IMG/VR virus record: IMGVR_UViG_3300010885_064671
Length of the DNA: 64,000 nt
Source of the DNA: a virus
Direction: 5' to 3' (one strand)
Both the position numbers and the translations under genes were made by a program. The notes below the pieces were generated by a model. That model made no database searches, was not told where the DNA came from, and worked only from the letters and a program-made list of their open reading frames with translations. This document shows positions 61,288 through 64,000 of this stretch, in pieces (position 1 is the stretch's first letter; each line of letters opens with the position of its first letter).

Positions 61288-61656
61288 TTATCTAGCCATA
61301 AACTTTGGTATACCTGTATTCACAACGTAATTATGTAAAAAATTTGATCCAACATTATTTTCCTCGAAATAGCTTACCACATATGCATTGTTTTCGTTAT
61401 CATCTCTAAAACCTACAAGACAACGCGTACCAGGTGCTGGGGCTACATTTTGTATACCCATAGAAGATGGGCATGGAACGTTGTTTACAATATTGCCAAT
61501 TTCTCCAGAAAATGCGTCGTCTAAAATAATAGTTGCTGAATTATTTTTTTTATCAAATTGCATTATAAGACCAGGGCGCATCTTGCTTTGGCGCATTTTT
61601 GATGCGTCAATTTGATTTTGAATTTTATTATCAAATTTTGGATATTTTATAGTCAT
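61288..61656 (-). CDS. Spike/gpV-like OB-fold protein
   Basis: SKMRPGLIMQFDKKNNSATIIL..VPCPSSMGIQNVAPAPGTRCLVGFRDDNENNAYVVSYF. Confidence 0.6.
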   Translation of the reverse strand: MTIKYPKFDNKIQNQIDASKMRQSKMRPGLIMQFDKKNNSATIILDDAFSGEIGNIVNNVPCPSSMGIQNVAPAPGTRCLVGFRDDNENNAYVVSYFEENNVGSNFLHNYVVNTGIPKFMAR

Positions 61657-61666
61657 AAATTTCTCC

Positions 61667-63797
61667 TTAGATTAACCAATTGTCATCACGGTCTATTTCG
61701 CGTGAAGCTGTAAATACCCCATTTTTCCAACTACCATAGTGTATCCCCAGTATAACCTCTTCATTAGCCCATGCTTCTAATTTAAATTTTTCTGAATGAT
61801 CTGCGTCAGCGAACTTATACCATGTCGAATCACTCCTTGGGACATTGTTTAATACCCAAGATTTAAGATCATCTGGTTTGTTTCCAGCTTTTACATAAAC
61901 ATCTTTTGCTATAGAATATTTTACACCAGATATGAACCCATCCTTCAAAAAACCTTCACCCCAAGCGCGGAATACATAGTCATCTACTGTTGTTTGATAA
62001 TTTTTTCTACCTATTTTAGCCCTTAAAACTCTCATTTGATTTGCAGGTATAAAAGCATTCTGATCAAATCCAGCTAAAAGCTCAACTTGGTTTGCAGTTG
62101 CTCCCCTTCTTAGAATTTCTTCTCTTATTTTATCAGCAGTTAGGCTATCGTTAGCTTTATCGGACAAAGCTAATTTCCAATTTTTTGTAGTGTATGGAGA
62201 TGGCAATATTAGGTCCACATCTAAGTCACTACCTTCTGTGAGTTTTGACGTACCTATTTGTAAGAGACCATAGAATCCATATTGGTTTATAGCCCTTGGC
62301 CTATAGCTTGATTCCCTTTGGCATACGGCTGTAAATATAGCTGAAACTTCAGGGGAAAAATTCCCATACTCTACCAGTAGGGTGTATACTTCCATGGGTG
62401 TTAATGCATCGTTTGAAGTATAGACCTTTTTTAAATTTGACAAATCCGAGTTAGATCCTCCGCCTGGATTTTGATACCCCATATAAGAAGTATTCGTTGG
62501 TGCTGTACCGACAGGAATCGCGGATAAAGATCCAGATTCATCTACATAAATTCCTCCTCTTTCAGGAGAAAAACTCATATGTATATGATCCTTGTGGCCT
62601 GTATCTGTTAGGAATATTTTTACATATTTTAAATTAGAATAATTTTCACTGATTTTAGAACCCGATCCTTGTTTATTATTTTCATAATCTAAGCTAACAA
62701 ACTTATTTATGACTATAGAATCTGGAAGCAAATGTTCTGGAGCGACACTTAACTTTTTGAGTAATAAATCTAATTGTTTTTTATACTCTACAACACCGAG
62801 AATTTATATTCCCTGAAGATTCACCCTTGATGCTAATTTTATTTATATCAAAAGCTCTACCAAAAACGTGGTCCGTAACTGAATTACCAGACTTAAGCGG
62901 CGTAAGATTAGTACCCTGGACAGTATCATCATCACCCCTATAGGATGAACCAAAACCACCAGACATAGCAAGAGGTAATCCATTCGTGTCACTTGCTAAA
63001 AATATTAAGCATTCTATAAGCGCTGCAGATATGTAGGCCTTTTGTGAATCAGCTTTTATTAAATCACCAGGTATTGCGTTGCTAGCCGATGAAACACCAG
63101 GAAAAATTGTTGAAGTATTATATGTCAAATTAATTAGACTATTATTAATATCAAAATCAAAACCAGATTGCAATGTACCACTATCAGCTATGTCCATTGC
63201 TGTTTTTAATTTTTCCCCTCTAGAAATATAAGCTTTTTTTTCTACATCAGTTAAACCAGATACAATTGCAATAGCCTTAGAACCTGCGCTGGTTACTCCA
63301 GATTTTCCAGTTTCTGTATTAGGAGAATGCCCTGCACCATTATCTGTCTGACCGTATTTAGTGTTCATTAAATCTTGTAATCCAGTTATCAAATCCTGAT
63401 TATATTGTTTCCCCAAACTGCTGCCAGCTATTATCTTCAATGCTGCTGCTTGTCCTGTCAAAACTATTGGGTTTCCATCTTGATCTAAATTTGTTGAATC
63501 TAGAACTTTAAGTTTATCTCCGTCTGCCCCCAATATACTACTGCTTAGACTCTGAAGACTTTCCCTGGTTGTAGACAATCTATATGTGCTGCTGTATATC
63601 CCACTAGCCAAAAGGTCTTTGCCGCTAGCTGAAGAAACCAAATCAGATGTAGTTAGAGTCTGGCCAGTGTATCCCCTTTCTGCTGCTGAAGTACCAGTTA
63701 TATTTATTCCATTTTTAGGAACTATATTTTCATATACAGCATTAGCTATGCTAGCGGAATCTTGTAAGCTGTCAATAGAAAAATTAAAATGTGCCAT
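61667..63797 (-). CDS. Tail lysin: M15-like peptidase segment plus C-terminal transglycosylase-like segment; one gene split by a +1 shift at CGG 62796..62798
   Basis: ..SVTDHVFGRAFDINKISIKGESSGNINS-(C)-GVVEYKKQLDLLLKKLSVAPEHLLPDSIVINKF..YVKIFLTDTGHKDHIHMSF..SPEVSAIFTAVCQRESSYRPRAINQYGFYGLLQI. Confidence 0.8.
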
Positions 63798-64000
63798 TAT
63801 GATCCACTCTTTACGCTAACCGTCTGTTGAGATGATTGAATAACTGATTCAGATTCAGTCAATAAATCATGGGTATACACCGTAGTACCATAATTTCTGG
63901 CTATCAATTCCCAGTTCAATGTGGTTGGAGTACCATCGTCATAGTACTCATCCCATAAAATTAATGGCCATTTTGAAGAAGTAATATATAATTGCCTAAG
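63797..64000 (-). CDS. Partial CDS (C-terminal end only) running off the window
   Basis: LRQLYITSSKWPLILWDEYYDDGTPTTLNWELIARNYGTTVYTHDLLTESESVIQSSQQTVSVKSGS*, TAATG overlap with the lysin start. Confidence 0.6.
   Translation of the reverse strand, partial: LRQLYITSSKWPLILWDEYYDDGTPTTLNWELIARNYGTTVYTHDLLTESESVIQSSQQTVSVKSGS

Noticed and set aside
2405-62798. Stop-codon readthrough or reassignment
   Set aside because: The terminating codons after the sites differ (TAA, TAG, TGA), and reading through them does not restore homologous sequence; only a +1 shift does.
2405-62798. Classical P-site slippage or -1 slippery heptamer
   Set aside because: No X XXY YYZ motifs at the sites, the required shift is +1, and the preceding codons are diverse and mostly cannot re-pair in the +1 frame.
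49-63797. Random sequencing or assembly indels as the explanation of the broken genes
   Set aside because: Not excluded outright, but all eight events are an extra C immediately before an in-frame GGN codon; random indels would vary in base, sign and codon position. A systematic context-specific artefact still needs raw reads to rule out.
1-64000. CRISPR arrays, tRNA genes, integrase or transposase, diversity-generating retroelement
   Set aside because: Nothing convincing seen by eye; tRNAs in particular should be searched with a dedicated tool because a Gly or Arg tRNA would be directly relevant to the recoding hypothesis.

Overview
The window is a low-GC segment of a contractile-tailed (myovirus-type) phage genome. 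Almost every gene lies on the minus strand; I see only one convincing plus-strand gene. Module order, low to high coordinate: virion lysin and fibre genes; a glycosyltransferase / methyltransferase / Fe-2OG-oxygenase cassette; a lysis region with a holin-like protein and an M15 endolysin; a run of tiny Lys/Ala/Pro-rich proteins; a sigma-like factor; replication and nucleotide metabolism genes (dnaE-type Pol III alpha, AEP-type primase, DnaB-like helicase, RNase H, PD-(D/E)XK nucleases, ThyX, B12-dependent RNR); a long tail/baseplate module (gp25, baseplate J, spike, giant structural proteins). Main finding: several conserved genes are split in the supplied ORF track, and every split I could identify has the same structure. 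Translation must shift +1 at an in-frame CGG, so that NNN CGG N.. is read as NNN (C) GGN, inserting Gly. I found 8 such sites in 6 genes (tail lysin at 49..3031, two in the M15 endolysin, two in the sigma-like factor, a PD-(D/E)XK nuclease, a giant fibre protein, a spike-associated lysin), all giving a +1 shift with Gly. In a manual scan, CGG is otherwise almost absent as an in-frame codon: one ordinary use at 32012..32014, against well over 100 out-of-frame occurrences inside the same genes. This looks like recurrent +1 recoding at CGG. It could be rare/unassigned-codon-driven out-of-frame Gly-tRNA pairing, a quadruplet-reading tRNA, or a systematic sequence artefact. Raw reads, the tRNA complement and proteomics would distinguish these. 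All counts were done by eye.
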